A stretch of 63,652 bases of DNA, the filler included, from Squatina squatina (lineage: Eukaryota), in the NCBI GenBank assembly GCA_031763465.1. It is 4 parts of 4 records of this genome, joined end to end, with 100 filler letters (N's around TTAATTAATTAA, not from the genome) between each part and the next. Parts side by side here need not be neighbours in the genome. Positions count along the whole stretch, not along the records: positions 50,381 to 63,652 come from JARFOE010000013.1; 3 more parts are not named here. The stretch is one strand, 5' to 3'. Shown one piece after another: positions 52,229 to 63,652 of the stretch (the first letter of the stretch is position 1; each line of letters starts with the position of its first letter). The translations under genes were made by a program, and so were the position numbers. The notes beneath the pieces were generated by a model. It had not been told where the DNA came from. It searched no databases and saw nothing but the letters and a program-made list of their open reading frames with translations.

Positions 52229-53290
52229 AACGCACAGTGGATATTTATGAATGGCGATTCAGGATAGAATGTAGTTCCAGGAAGGTATGATCGAGTTGAG
52301 AAAGGGTTGAGTTAGGCGGTATGCTGATATGGTCCAGATTGCAATATAAACCATGATTCTCTTCCACGCTATTCCTCGGCACCGACTGTATAGTATTAAA
52401 TATCCATTTGTACTCAAAACAGGCATAATATACTGCAAACTGCTTCAGCAGTAAAGAATGCACATAAAACATGTCTTATAATGGAAACAAGTTCCAATCC
52501 AAGTTCCAATCTACTGCCAAACATGAAGCCAAAAGAATAAGTACTGAAACCAAACAGCTCAAGCCAACCTTCAAATATTCTGACCAGGAGACAAGACACA
52601 ACAAAACAAATATTTTTGAACATGGCTTTCAGTTCACGTACCTGGATAAGCATTTCCATCCATGTCCACTCCTCCTGATATAGACTGGCCAAACATGCGT
52701 AACAGCGGATTGATCGTCTGCCCTGACAGCCGCTAGAGGAGTGAAGGTGCAACAAGCATTAGACAAACAACAAGATAAATCTTTACTCTGAAGAGGCTAT
52801 GTCCTCTCTGAAGTTCTTGCTTCAAAGGGGACATAAACTGGTATCATTTAATTCATCTGATGTTTGAGCCAACATGAGACTCCAGGCAGGGGCTCCAGAT
52901 ACCACACCTCTGAGTAAGGCATCAAAGAGCTCCATTACTCACCTCACCTCCAGACATCAATGGTCCCAAGCGTTATAAAGTTAAAGAGTGCCCAGTGATG
53001 CACAGGCGCTGGTCATCATTGTGTCACTCTGAGCTCTGAATCGGACAAACAGGCAATTCCACGCACGGAGTACAATATCAGAAATGTTGTCTGTTTGACC
53101 GCAGTGACATGTCATTTCTTTTTGGACTACATCAGTATTGAATGTCATAAAACAGTCCAGGCTCCATTGGCCTTTCAGCATTGCCCTAGCTCTCACATCC
53201 TGAGCAGCACTCGGGATTTGTTTTCAATGTCATTGATGAAATGAAAGAACCATGGTTGACGTAGTTTTGGTAAAGGCCGGTGGTAATGAC

Positions 53291-53444
53291 CACTTTTATT
53301 GCTGGGCAAAAAACGAGTGAAAGCGACACAGCAACCCCATTTTACACCTCAACCGATATTCTTTGCCACTGACATCAAGCAGGCGAGGTGTAAAATGAGC
53401 TGGTTAAGTCTCTATCACCCGTTTTTCACCCAGTAATAAAAGTG
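53291..53444. mobile_element. Palindromic (hairpin) MITE
   Basis: Left arm CACTTTTATTGCTGGGCAAAAAACGAGTGA pairs with right arm TCACCCGTTTTTCACCCAGTAATAAAAGTG. Inner pair CATTTTACACCTC/GAGGTGTAAAATG. Confidence 0.8.
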
Positions 53445-53569
53445 AAACTCACTCACGCAGTGTGCTGTCGCTCTGCTCACTGAAAATCAGAACCAATTCT
53501 CTTCTTCGGATTCCGTCATGTTCAATCAGAATTCACTCTTTAGACCAAAATATGATCCTAATCTCCGAA

Positions 53570-54020
53570 TAGTACAGCACAGAAGGTGGCCATTCAGCCC
53601 ATCATGTCTGCATGGGCTTTTTCTAAGAGCAGTCTAGTTAGTCCCACTCCCTGACTCTATCCCCATATCCCTGCAATTTTTTTCTCCTTCAAGTATTTAT
53701 CCAATTCTCTTTTGAAAGCTGCTATTGAATTGGTTTCTACCATTCTATCAGGCCTGATTGTCTTTTCGGATCCTTCATCCCTGGAACCATTCCAATAAAT
53801 CTCTTCTGTACCCTCTCCAAAGCCTTCACATCCTTCCTAAACTGTGGTGCCCAGAATTGGACACAATAGTTTAGCTGGGGCCGAACTAGTGTTTACATAG
53901 ATTTAGCATTAACTTCCTGGCTTTTATACTGTATGCCTTATTTATAAAGCCCAGGATCTCAGACACTTTATTAACTGCTTTGTTAACCTGTCCTGCCACT
54001 TCCAAAGATTTATGTACAAA
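53570..54020 (-). mobile_element. CR1 3' region, internally deleted
   Basis: GGCCATTCAGCCCATC tail; GGTGCCCAGAATTGGACACAATAG is the reverse of YCVQFWAP. Confidence 0.8.
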
Positions 54021-54340
54021 NNNNNNNNNNNNNNNNNNNNNNNNNNNNNNNNNNNNNNNNNNNNNNNNNNNNNNNNNNNNNNNNNNNNNNNNNNNNNNNN
54101 NNNNNNNNNNNNNNNNNNNNTGGATTCAATTCATCCTTTAACACCTTGTTTATACTTCACAGTTTCAACATTGCTCTAAAGCTAAAAGTGCTTTGCAGCA
54201 ACTCTAAACTTGTGGTGCAAGTGCACCCGAAGAGAAGAGAGACAAAATCAGTTTTCACCAAATGCTGCAGGGTTATCATTGAGAAGTCAAGTATCTTATA
54301 CTTGTGCACTACAAGATGCTGGAAGGTTTCCATTACTTAC

Positions 54341-54470
54341 CAAGGTAACGGTAGTGGCTGGTCCCAGTAGTTGAATCCTTAAAGTGATAATACTTGCCAT
54401 CTTTCAGACTGTAAACTTTGACGGTGCCAGTCCAGTAGTATGACCCAGGTGCCCCCATTACAACCAGGTC
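54341..54470 (-). CDS. ITGA9: Integrin alpha-9 exon (FG-GAP repeat)
   Basis: TTTTGTAG acceptor, G|GTAAGT donor, 130 bp. DLVVMGAPGSYYWTGTVKVYSLKDGKYYHFKDSTTGTSHYRYLG matches ITGA9 ELVVMGAPGSFYWAGTIKV...YTYLG. Adjacent to GOLGA4, as in mammals. Confidence 0.9.
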
Positions 54471-55601
54471 CTACAAAATAAGGTAGATGTTAAGCCTGCT
54501 GAATCGATAATAAAAGTGCAGTGTTGTACACAACTGACGCTCACTCACTTTGGAATCTACACAACTAATTTTGTAGCCACTTCGCACTCTGTATCGTTGT
54601 CAGTACAGGATTAAGGACCTTTGGCACAACAGCAAGAAATGTTACTGTTGTAATCGAAGTCTGGGGCCTAGAGTTTCCGCAATCCGGCTGAAATCAGCCA
54701 AACCAGCACAATAGATTGCAGAATTTTAAACAAAAGTCGCGTCAAGCGTAAATCGAGTTTCCGTGATCTTAAACGCTGGATTAAAAAACATTTTGCCCAA
54801 AGCCAGCCCTGCCTACAAAAGTGGCAACACCCCAGGTTGAAATAATGAGGATGGCGAATTTCCACCGACTGCGCCCGTTCGAGGAGGCTCCTCAGATTGA
54901 GCTGGTTTTCTTGGGCGCAAAGACACGAGTAGGCACGTTTTAAAAGTTTTCACATATTAAAAAATATTTAATTCACAAAGAAACTGACTAGTGTACACCA
55001 ATTAAACTAGTTAATGGCTCACTATAGTTTTTCTAGTCACGTTCAGTGATTTAATATCAGGTAACTCACAGGTGGTGNNNNNNNNNNNNNNNNNNNNNNN
55101 NNNNNNNNNNNNNNNNNNNNNNNNNNNNNNNNNNNNNNNNNNNNNNNNNNNNNNNNNNNNNNNNNNNNNNNNNNNNNCTGAGAAACACCAATAAGTGTAT
55201 GGATAACTCCCATATAACATCTATGATTATGGGGGTGTTTCAGTGTAATGCAGTTCAACTTTTAGATTGAAACACTGCTCAAGTGCATGCATGGAGATAA
55301 AATGGTTTCAATCTCATAGATATGAAGCAGGTCCATTCAGACATAGGCACACGGAGTTTACAGTCCCAAAACATGGGAATTTAACTGTCCATATTTTGAA
55401 ACCTGCAGTGGCCAGTTAAAAACCAATGGTCATCATTCCCTCCCCACAGCCCACATCCAGCTAAAAAGCCAGTAAAATATCTGCTCCCAGGCCTCTCTGC
55501 CAGAGGTGATTAACAACTGCGGCCCAACATCCCGATTTTTTGAAACCCAAGGTCTCGATTACTTAGTCTCTCCTTTACCGATAATTACAGCAATGACTTA
55601 C

Positions 55602-55723
55602 CTTGGTAGCAGGGAAGCAGTTCTTTAGTTTTTCGGGATAAATTAGGTGGGATGATGTAGCAGGCTCCATGGGGCAGGATGTGTTCTGCCTCATAGTGTA
55701 TATTCTTCCAACGATGTGCACAT
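55602..55723 (-). CDS. ITGA9: Integrin alpha-9 exon (first bases in gap)
   Basis: CAHRWKNIHYEAEHILPHGACYIIPPNLSRKTKELLPCYQ with an AAG|GTAAGT donor matches ITGA9 ACAHRWKNIYYEADHILPHGFCYIIPSNL..LIPCYE. Confidence 0.93.
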
Positions 55724-55889
55724 NNNNNNNNNNNNNNNNNNNNNNNNNNNNNNNNNNNNNNNNNNNNNNNNNNNNNNNNNNNNNNNNNNNNNNNNNNNNN
55801 NNNNNNNNNNNNNNNNNNNNNNNGTTGCTTTGTATTTTAAATAAGAACGACTGTTTTTAGTCCCTGCAGTACAATTTGATACCTAAGAT

Positions 55890-56289
55890 TAGGGTGACCA
55901 GACATCCCAGTTTTGCCGGGGCAGTCCTGGTTTTCGAGTAAGTGTCCCGATGTCCCGACACACACCTCAAAAGTTCTCAAATGTTCCGGTTTTTCGTGCC
56001 CACTCGACTGCGCATGCGCAGTTCCAGCGAAGAAGTGACTGCGCATGTGCAGTTCTGTCGGAGAACAGAGTTCCGCCAGTGAATGGACTGCGCATGCGCA
56101 ATATTGGCGAAGAACGACGCAGTTCCGCCAAAGACTGGATTGCGCGTGCACAGTTCCAGCGAGGAACTGGCTGCACGTGCACGGTTCGGCCAAAGACTGG
56201 ATTAAGCATGCACAGCCCCAGAGGAGACCGGCCTGCGCATGCGCAGCCGCATTGTCCCGATTTGGGACTCTGTCAATCTGGCCACCCTA
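55890..56289. mobile_element. Non-autonomous hAT (Blackjack-like) MITE, 400 bp, with 8-bp TSD
   Basis: TIRs TAGGGTGACCAGA / TCTGGCCACCCTA. Perfect TSD CCTAAGAT at 55882-55889 and 56290-56297. Confidence 0.92.
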
Positions 56290-56501
56290 CCTAAGATAAA
56301 TAATGCATTTTAACCCAACGCATTGCTACTGCTGGCATGCAAGACCTGTGACAGTGAAAGTCATTACAGCCCTCGATTCTTTTCACCTCAGACACTTTCC
56401 AGACCCCAGCATGTGACATCTGTAATATTGGTCAGTCTGCAGCCCATTCCTGAAATAAGCTGGTCACTGACGTCCTCTTCACAAAGTCCAAGCAATATAG
56501 C

Positions 56502-57245
56502 GGGCTGTAAATTCCAGTGTTTCGGGGTGCGTATGAAGTGCACACGTGCCCAGAGAGGTCCCGCAAGTTCTGGGTTTAGGTATGCGCTGTGTATGCCCCT
56601 AAGCCCGGAACTTTCGATTGCTCAAGGATTGCCTTGACAGATCCACCGCCTGCACTGGAAAAGGGCTTTCCTGGGCGGGGAGTTGGGCTATTTGTCCAAC
56701 TCTTGCCCAGCGAAAGTCCTTTAATTAGTTATGCAGGTAAAAGCAAGTCTACAGGCCTGCTTTTACCAGTGTAAGAGTTTTAAAAATATAAAATATATAT
56801 TTAATCACTTATTTATTAAAAAAAACCCGGTCCAGTAAGGTAAGTAAATCTTTTTAAGATATTTTTTTTAATTCAATTTTTTTGTTTTGTATTCATTATT
56901 TAATTATATATCATTATTAAATTTTGATATTTCAGATCTTTAAAAAATGTATTTTGATGTGCTTTTGCTGTTTTTTGTAACTCCCTTTCATACTTCTACA
57001 GATCTCGGAGATCAGCAAAAGTATGGATGAGCGATACCCCTACCTGATTGGTTGGGGCCTCCCACGTGATCCCACCAGTGTATGCGAACCACATACGCTG
57101 GAGAGATACATGGGCTCCGCCTACGGTCCTGTGGAGGCCCAGGAATGGAATACTACAAAACCCCCGGACCACCAAGCCGTTTTGTAGAAATCTTTCCGGT
57201 TGGAGGCCTCCATACGCAGGAATGCACTGACCAGAATTTTTGGCC
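56502..57245. mobile_element. Non-autonomous DNA transposon (Harbinger-like ends, AT-rich core)
   Basis: Left GGGCTGTAAATTCC..TGCGTATGAAG and right CTCCATACGCA..CCAGAATTTTTGGCC form imperfect inverted ends. GC-rich arms flank an AT-rich centre. Confidence 0.6.
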
Positions 57246-58890
57246 AATTAGATGATGCTCAAGGTGATCTGAGCTCTTGTAATATCACACAAATCACTTC
57301 TGGGTGAAAAATAATCCCTGACAAATAATGCTGACGATTCGTGAAGGGATTTGCAGTACTTAAAACAATCAAACTTCTCAAGCTATACACTGAGCTATGG
57401 GTTTGGAAAAGCCTCTGACACAAATGCATTTCCAGTCTGGCAAGTCACAGAGCTACTGTAAAGGATCTCACCAACCCAGAGCTTCCACCTGTTGACAGCC
57501 CAGCCTACTTGCAAACACTCTGTGCAAATTTTATTCCTGCACTAAATTAATGGGTGGCCTTAGCAAAACAACACTGAACATTAAAGGATCGATTCACTGG
57601 TGAAAGCTGTGCACAAGAGACCCACTCCCAAAACCTGACTCTTGCCTTCAGATCCCCATGTGTCTACTTACAAGGCTGCACGCAGAAGGTCACTGAGAAA
57701 CGTGAGCTTAATCTTTCCTCTTACTTCCCCAGTTCACTGTCATTTCTTTTGAAGCCTAGATATTAGTAACCTTCACTACAGATTACTGGGCTATCATCAA
57801 TCAAGCAGCTTCAATTTTACGGTAATAATTTAAATAAACCATGCATAGTATATAGCAGGTAGCTGCGATATACAATACCTCCAGTCATCAACCTTTTTTG
57901 CTTCGGAACATCAAAAGAATAATTAGTGCCATATTTCTGGCTGCAATATGTTTTNNNNNNNNNNNNNNNNNNNNNNNNNNNNNNNNNNNNNNNNNNNNNN
58001 NNNNNNNNNNNNNNNNNNNNNNNNNNNNNNNNNNNNNNNNNNNNNNNNNNNNNNCAAATATAATATAAAATTAAAAATATAAAAGTTTAAAACCTGAATT
58101 ACATCTAGTCCAAATATTCCCCAGCCTCTAACCCAACTTCACTTGAATACACTTATCCTTGACTCCCTCTGCACAATGCCACAGAACATCAACTAGCACA
58201 TTGTTCAAGAAGATATTTCCTGTCACCAGCAAACATTCCTTATGGAGATTTCCATGTTAGTTGTATTCACACCGATTATAATTGTAATTGTCTGTGATGC
58301 CTGTAGGTGGTGCTGTAATAGGGGTTTCCCATTTAGAGAAATTAGCCTTTCGTCATGTTTTTCAGTCACAACATTTTCTTGCTGCACGTGCTGTGGAAAC
58401 TTTGTTTATGCCCGTAACTGCTGTTTCCATAACACTTTCAGTGAAATGGGATCAGCTCAAAGGAAATTTCAGGTCTAAATTTTTATCATAGATGTGTTGT
58501 TTGGCCTGTCTTAGCCCCCATCAGCAATGTCATGAGGCATTGACTAATAACTTAAAATATTACCCTATACTAAATTAAGTTGAAGCAAGTTGCTTCCATT
58601 TATAGAATTCATGATTAGCTGTTGTGACGACTTAAAATAGATCAGTAGGATCACTGGCAGTTCTTTGAAATAAAGGCCTTCAGTTTGGTACATGTCTCCC
58701 TGCAAAACTAAGGAAAATACTGCGATTAAATGGAAGCCATTTTATGTCGCACAGCTGTGACAGAAGTTGTGGAAGGGCGCTAAAATGGTTAGCACGTAAA
58801 TCGATCTTGGAAAAGCATTTCTCCAAACATTTACAAACAAGTGGCTGGGCTAGCAAAAAAAAGACATCGCTGTAGTACAGTAAATAAAAC

Positions 58891-58896
58891 TTTATT
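58891..58896 (-). terminator. Candidate GOLGA4 polyadenylation signal AATAAA
   Basis: AATAAA on the minus strand about 490 nt after the stop codon, following an AU-rich UTR-like stretch. Confidence 0.55.
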
Positions 58897-59383
58897 TCAC
58901 TTCTCCAAATGAATGTTACAAGTTACCCTTCTGCTTAGCATAGATATGAATCATGTATTTACAATTTACAGTAGTGTCTCTTTCCAAAATACAAGTACAA
59001 AAGCTATAGTAAACAAACGAGGTACTGCGATTCAGTATCTTTATAGGCTGAAGCTCCAAGGATGTGACCTAGCAAAAAAAAAAATCAAGCTGTACAGAAA
59101 GAAGCATTCCAGTCAAACATTAACAGTGTTCATTAACGGCTTATATCCCATTAGAAATTATTGCACAATTTATCCTAGTGCCATTTAACAAGAATCTGCT
59201 AGAGTTATCAGAATAATGTTTTTGTGTCTTTTTTAAATTTTAGATTTTGTACAAATCACAGTAAAAGGCCATAGAAACATCATCTTGATGATCATTTCCC
59301 TTCTCCCCACGCGCAACCAGATAAATAACATCCCAGCAGCATGATCATGGAACAGCTCCTCGTCACCCTTGGAAACTTCCCAG

Positions 59384-59398
59384 TTAGCGTAGCCAAAT
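59384..59398 (-). CDS. GOLGA4: GOLGA4 last coding exon (IWLR*)
   Basis: Strong acceptor CCTTGTTTTCTTTTCCAG, then ATT TGG CTA CGC TAA; equivalent to the SWLRSSS* terminus of mammalian golgin-245. Confidence 0.7.
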   Translation of the reverse strand: MWLR

Positions 59399-60267
59399 CT
59401 GGAAAAGAAAACAAGGGATCGTTTTGTAAAGTACATTGCAAATATTTTCCTGTTACATTCTCAGATCATAATATGCAATTACTTAGCAATGCAACCAAAT
59501 GACTTTGGTCCATGTCTCGAATGATTAAAGTTTTGGCTACCCACAAAGACATATATAGATTCATAAATACGCAACCCTTTTTCTGCAATACAAAATGTCA
59601 CTTTAAGTAACTCAATTATATTTTAAAGTCCATAAATAAAGCATCATTTTCTAATCAGTCGAGTGACCAGCCTATCAGAGAGCAAAAGTGCCCTCACAAA
59701 AGATTTTAGCAGTGCAGTCTCTATTTTTTGTACAATCTGCACATAAGTATCAATTTTAATCTCATGGCAGAGCACTGCATTGTACAATCTATTTCACTTA
59801 TACAAGGAGGAAAGTTAACTGGAGAATTCCCTGCTTATAGCACTTCCCTCCCCACCTTTTCATCCCAGATTTAAGAGAACACAGCCATAAATATATGATA
59901 CGTCATGAGATATCTTGGATTTTGTAGTTTCATGAAGACCATTTTGGCCAACATTTCCCTTCTCAGCTGCTTCAGNNNNNNNNNNNNNNNNNNNNNNNNN
60001 NNNNNNNNNNNNNNNNNNNNNNNNNNNNNNNNNNNNNNNNNNNNNNNNNNNNNNNNNNNNNNNNNNNNNNNNNNNCTCTCAGACAACCTATGAAATGCAG
60101 TTCTAAACATCAAATAGTGAGCAATCAGATGCACTTCAAAGAAAGAGCATATGACTTTTAAATTCCTGCTGAGCTTTGAACATCATATCATTCAACTATC
60201 TTTGGCCATAAAGATGGCATTTCTGAACAATCAAATCTGTAACAGTGAGCGCACCAGCATTAAGTAC

Positions 60268-60398
60268 CTGCAAAATGTCTTCATATTTTTTTGTCGTCCT
60301 TTGTATGCAATCATCCTTTTCAGCTATCTTGCGGTACAGCTGGTTTACATCCTCCTTGTGGGTTTCCAGTAGCTCAGCTTCCACTTCCTGGGCTTTGC
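60268..60398 (-). CDS. GOLGA4: GOLGA4 exon
   Basis: AG/GT bounded. KAQEVEAELLETHKEDVNQLYRKIAEKDDCIQRTTKKYEDILQ matches KAQEVEAELLESHQEETNQLLKKIAEKDDDLKRTAKRYEEIL. Confidence 0.92.
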
Positions 60399-60705
60399 CT
60401 GGGAAAGTAAATAAATCCAACTGAACTTACCATACTTCAGTTTATGTATCAGGTTCAAATAGTATATGATCTAAGATGCAAAAACAATAAATCTTCAGCC
60501 TGAGCATATGCATAATGCACACATACATACACACACACTATTTTTTATGCATTCATGGGATGTGGGCGTCGCTAGTAATGTCAGCATTTATTTTTATTCT
60601 AACTGNNNNNNNNNNNNNNNNNNNNNNNNNNNNNNNNNNNNNNNNNNNNNNNNNNNNNNNNNNNNNNNNNNNNNNNNNNNNNNNNNNNNNNNNNNNNNNN
60701 NNNNN

Positions 60706-63652
60706 TCATGCATTTTTCTTTGTCTTCCAATTGGGTTGATAGTTGCTTCCTTATTTTTGCAATTCTCTGTTCTGCTTTTTTCTTCAGTTCAGCTAATTTT
60801 TCATTTTTCTCACTTTTCATTTTGGCTTCTATATCCTTCAATTCCTTCTCCTTGTTATTTACAAGGTCTAATTTAATTTGCTCCCATTCATTCTGTTTCT
60901 GTGAAAATTCAACCCGGAGTGATTCCCTCTCTTTCTCAAATGTTTTGATTTTTTCTTCAGCACCCTTGATTCTGTTGTCCTGGTCACAAACTCCAGCCAG
61001 AGACTGTTCAAGCTGCAGCCCCATCTCCTGCAATTCAATTTCCTTTTGATGCAATTGTCGTGTGAGCTCTTCTACAACTTTACATTGCTCAGACTTTTTA
61101 GCAACATCTTGGTCTAGTTCTGCTATCCTAGATTTAGCTGTTTCCAGCTGGGCATTCAGATCATTTACTATTTTCTCCTTTTCACTCTCCACATATTCAA
61201 TTTCAATTTTAACACTTTGTAAATTGGTAGTCAGTTTTTCTATCTCTGCGGTCAACATTGATAATTGGTCATCCTTATCTTTATTCTGTTTAACAGACAT
61301 TTCAAATTTTGACTCAAGCTCCTTCATTTTGCTATTATGCTGTGAGAATTTTGATTCTGCCTTTTTCTTCCATTCTGTCAACTTGTTTTTATGCTGGTCT
61401 GCCTGTTCAAGGGCTGAAACTTTCTCTTGAGAAACAGTTTCAATCCTCCCAGATAGCTGACCTATTTGGTCCAGCAGCTTTTGTTGTTCCACTTGGAATT
61501 TTTTGTTGAGCAATGATATAGCTTCTTCCTTATCTGTAAGACAAACACTGTGCTCAAGCTGCAACTTCAGGTCATTTATTTGCTTCTCCAAGCTCAAGTT
61601 AAGCAATTCTTTTTCCTTCAGCCGTTCTGTGATGGATTTGTGCACATCTGCACTTTCTGCCAGCTCTTTTCTATACTGCTCAATGCATGCCTCCTTCTCA
61701 TCTAATACTTGATTGTGAAGTCTGCTTTCTCGCTGGAGTGTGTCCTGTTGTACAGTAATGTTTTGCAGTTCAGATTGCAAAGCCTTAATGTTTAGTTTGT
61801 TGTCTTGCAGTTGCTGTGTTGTATGCTGCACTGAATTATTCAAGACAACATTTTGATTTACTACCTCTTGAAGTTGAGTTTCTAGTTCACCAACTCGATT
61901 GATCCTTTCTAGAAGTGCCTTTTTTACCGTCTCAGTTTGATTTTGGTAAACTTTAATACGCTCATTAAGGATGTCAATTTTATTGCTACACCTCTTATGG
62001 AATTCATTGGTTTGTAGCTCTATTTTCGCACCGGCTTCATTGAAACAATTGATTAATTGCACTATCCGGCTCCTGAATTCAATTTCGTTCTGCTCAAGTT
62101 CAACACAATTTTCTTGAAGCTGTTTTTCACGTTCCTCGTTTTCTTTGCGACGCAAATTTTCCAATGCCTGCAGACTATCCTCAGTTTCTTTCAACAAACT
62201 GCTAAGCTCATGAATCTTGCCCTGGTTCTGCTCCTCTGCTTTTTTCAGCACACTCAGTCGGTTTTCTAAATCTGTTCTTTCGAGCAAAGTTTGACTGTTC
62301 GTCTCTTCAAGGGTCTGCAATTGAGCTTTAAGGCCTGTTTCACTTTCCATCANNNNNNNNNNNNNNNNNNNNNNNNNNNNNNNNNNNNNNNNNNNNNNNN
62401 NNNNNNNNNNNNNNNNNNNNNNNNNNNNNNNNNNNNNNNNNNNNNNNNNNNNNNNNNNNNNNNNNNNNNNNNNNNNNNNNNNNNNNNNNNNNNNNNNNNN
62501 NNNNNNNNNNNNNNNNNNNNNNNNNNNNNNNNNNNNNNNNNNNNNNNNNNNNNNNNNNNNNNNNNNNNNNNNNNNNNNNNNNNNNNNNNNNNNNNNNNNN
62601 NNNNNNNNNNNNNNNNNNNNNNNNNNNNNNNNNNNNNNNNNNNNNNNNNNNNNNCTGGATTCCAGCTGGGCTACTGTTTCATTAATTCCTGTGGAACTTG
62701 CATGTGCCATTTCCACGATCTTTTCATTGAACATTTGCTCCTTTTGAACCAATTCCTTCTGCTTCTTTTCCAGCTCTGCTTTTAGTTTCGTCTCCTGTTC
62801 AGAAAGTTTTATCTTGAATTTTTCCTGCATTTCTTTCCCGCTTTGTTTAAATTTTTCCAGTTTTGCCTCGAGTGCTGTTATTTTCTTTCCATATTCCTCA
62901 TGAAGTGAAGCAACCTGCTGTTCTCGCAAGTTTTGCTCTTTTGTTTGTTTTTGAGTGAAGTCTTCTACTTGTTGTTTTTGAAGATCTTGTGCCTCAGTAA
63001 GTGCCTTCTGCTTTTCTTCTGAACTTTTCTGCAACTGTGCAATGTCTGATCCAAGCTGAGCAATCTGGATTTCATATTGCTCTGTTAGGGAAGCTACTTT
63101 TTGTAGCAACTCACTGTTTTTTTCTTCCAGGACTCTCAATTCCTGTGCCTGAGATTTATAGTTATCTAAATTGGCAGTAAGCTCATTCAGTCTGGTCTGA
63201 TCTGACAACTCTTTTTCTTCTAAATGTCTGCTCAGATTCACTTTTTCAGCCTCCAAGTTTCTCAGCAAGTTCTGTAACTCTGTTAATTGTATTTCATACT
63301 GTTGACGTTGATCATCTAGTTCACAATTCATTTTTTCTCTGGCATCTTCCTGCTCTTTCTGATGCACTTGGCTCACAAATTCAAGTTTTGCCAAAACCTC
63401 TGCAGCTTCTTTTTGAATCTTTTCAAGTTCATTTATCAGACCCTGTTTTTCTACTTGTAGTTCTCCCACAATTTTTTCCTTTCCCTCAAGAAGATGACGG
63501 AGGTTGTTTAGCTCATCTGTAAATGTTTTCTCAACTCCACCAAAGGACTGTTCATTGTCTTTTCTAGCAGCTTCAATTTTTTCTTCATAATGTTTTTTCT
63601 TATCTTCTAGTTTCTTGTTATAGTCTTCCCCAATTCTAGATAACTTATTTTC
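60706..63652 (-). CDS. GOLGA4: GOLGA4 (golgin-245) giant coiled-coil exon, partial; gap at 62353-62654
   Basis: Open to the window end, E/K/Q/L-rich coiled coil. Diagnostic segments EMAHASSTGINETVAQLES, EWKKKAESKFSQH and LAELKKKAEQRIAKIRKQL. Confidence 0.92.

Noticed and set aside
59940-59975. LKQLRREM peptide resembling a GOLGA4 segment
   Set aside because: It is in the wrong order relative to the KAQEVEAE exon, and the similarity is short with no clear donor.

Overview
Eukaryotic genomic DNA, almost certainly a cartilaginous fish (shark or ray). The basis is CR1 and L2 LINEs, SacSINE1/DeuSINE-like SINEs, Harbinger and hAT elements, a 67-bp satellite and a shark-type GPR139-like gene. It is not one locus: three artificial 100-bp linkers (N44-TTAATTAATTAA-N44) join four unrelated, heavily gapped scaffolds. 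A (1-17808) is repeat-rich and holds a near-complete decayed CR1, tandem arrays and a GPR139-like pseudogene. B (17909-36561) holds an MRPS9 exon, an isolated inositol-trisphosphate 3-kinase exon, Harbinger remnants and long repeat-poor non-coding DNA. C (36662-50280) holds the 3' part of PHRF1 plus a dead Harbinger transposase and a Penelope RT fragment. D (50381-63652) holds GOLGA4 and ITGA9 exons on the minus strand, in mammalian gene order. Several exons (ITGA9, ITPK, short PHRF1 and GOLGA4 exons) are absent from the ORF track and were found by reading splice sites. Gene names come from my recall of orthologue sequences, not from database searches. I found no supportable new biological system. 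The best leads are motif-carrying repeats (an NRF1-site MITE and an AP-1/ARE+CCAAT array), a decayed 51-bp coding-like repeat, an unidentified exon and an out-of-place ITPK exon.
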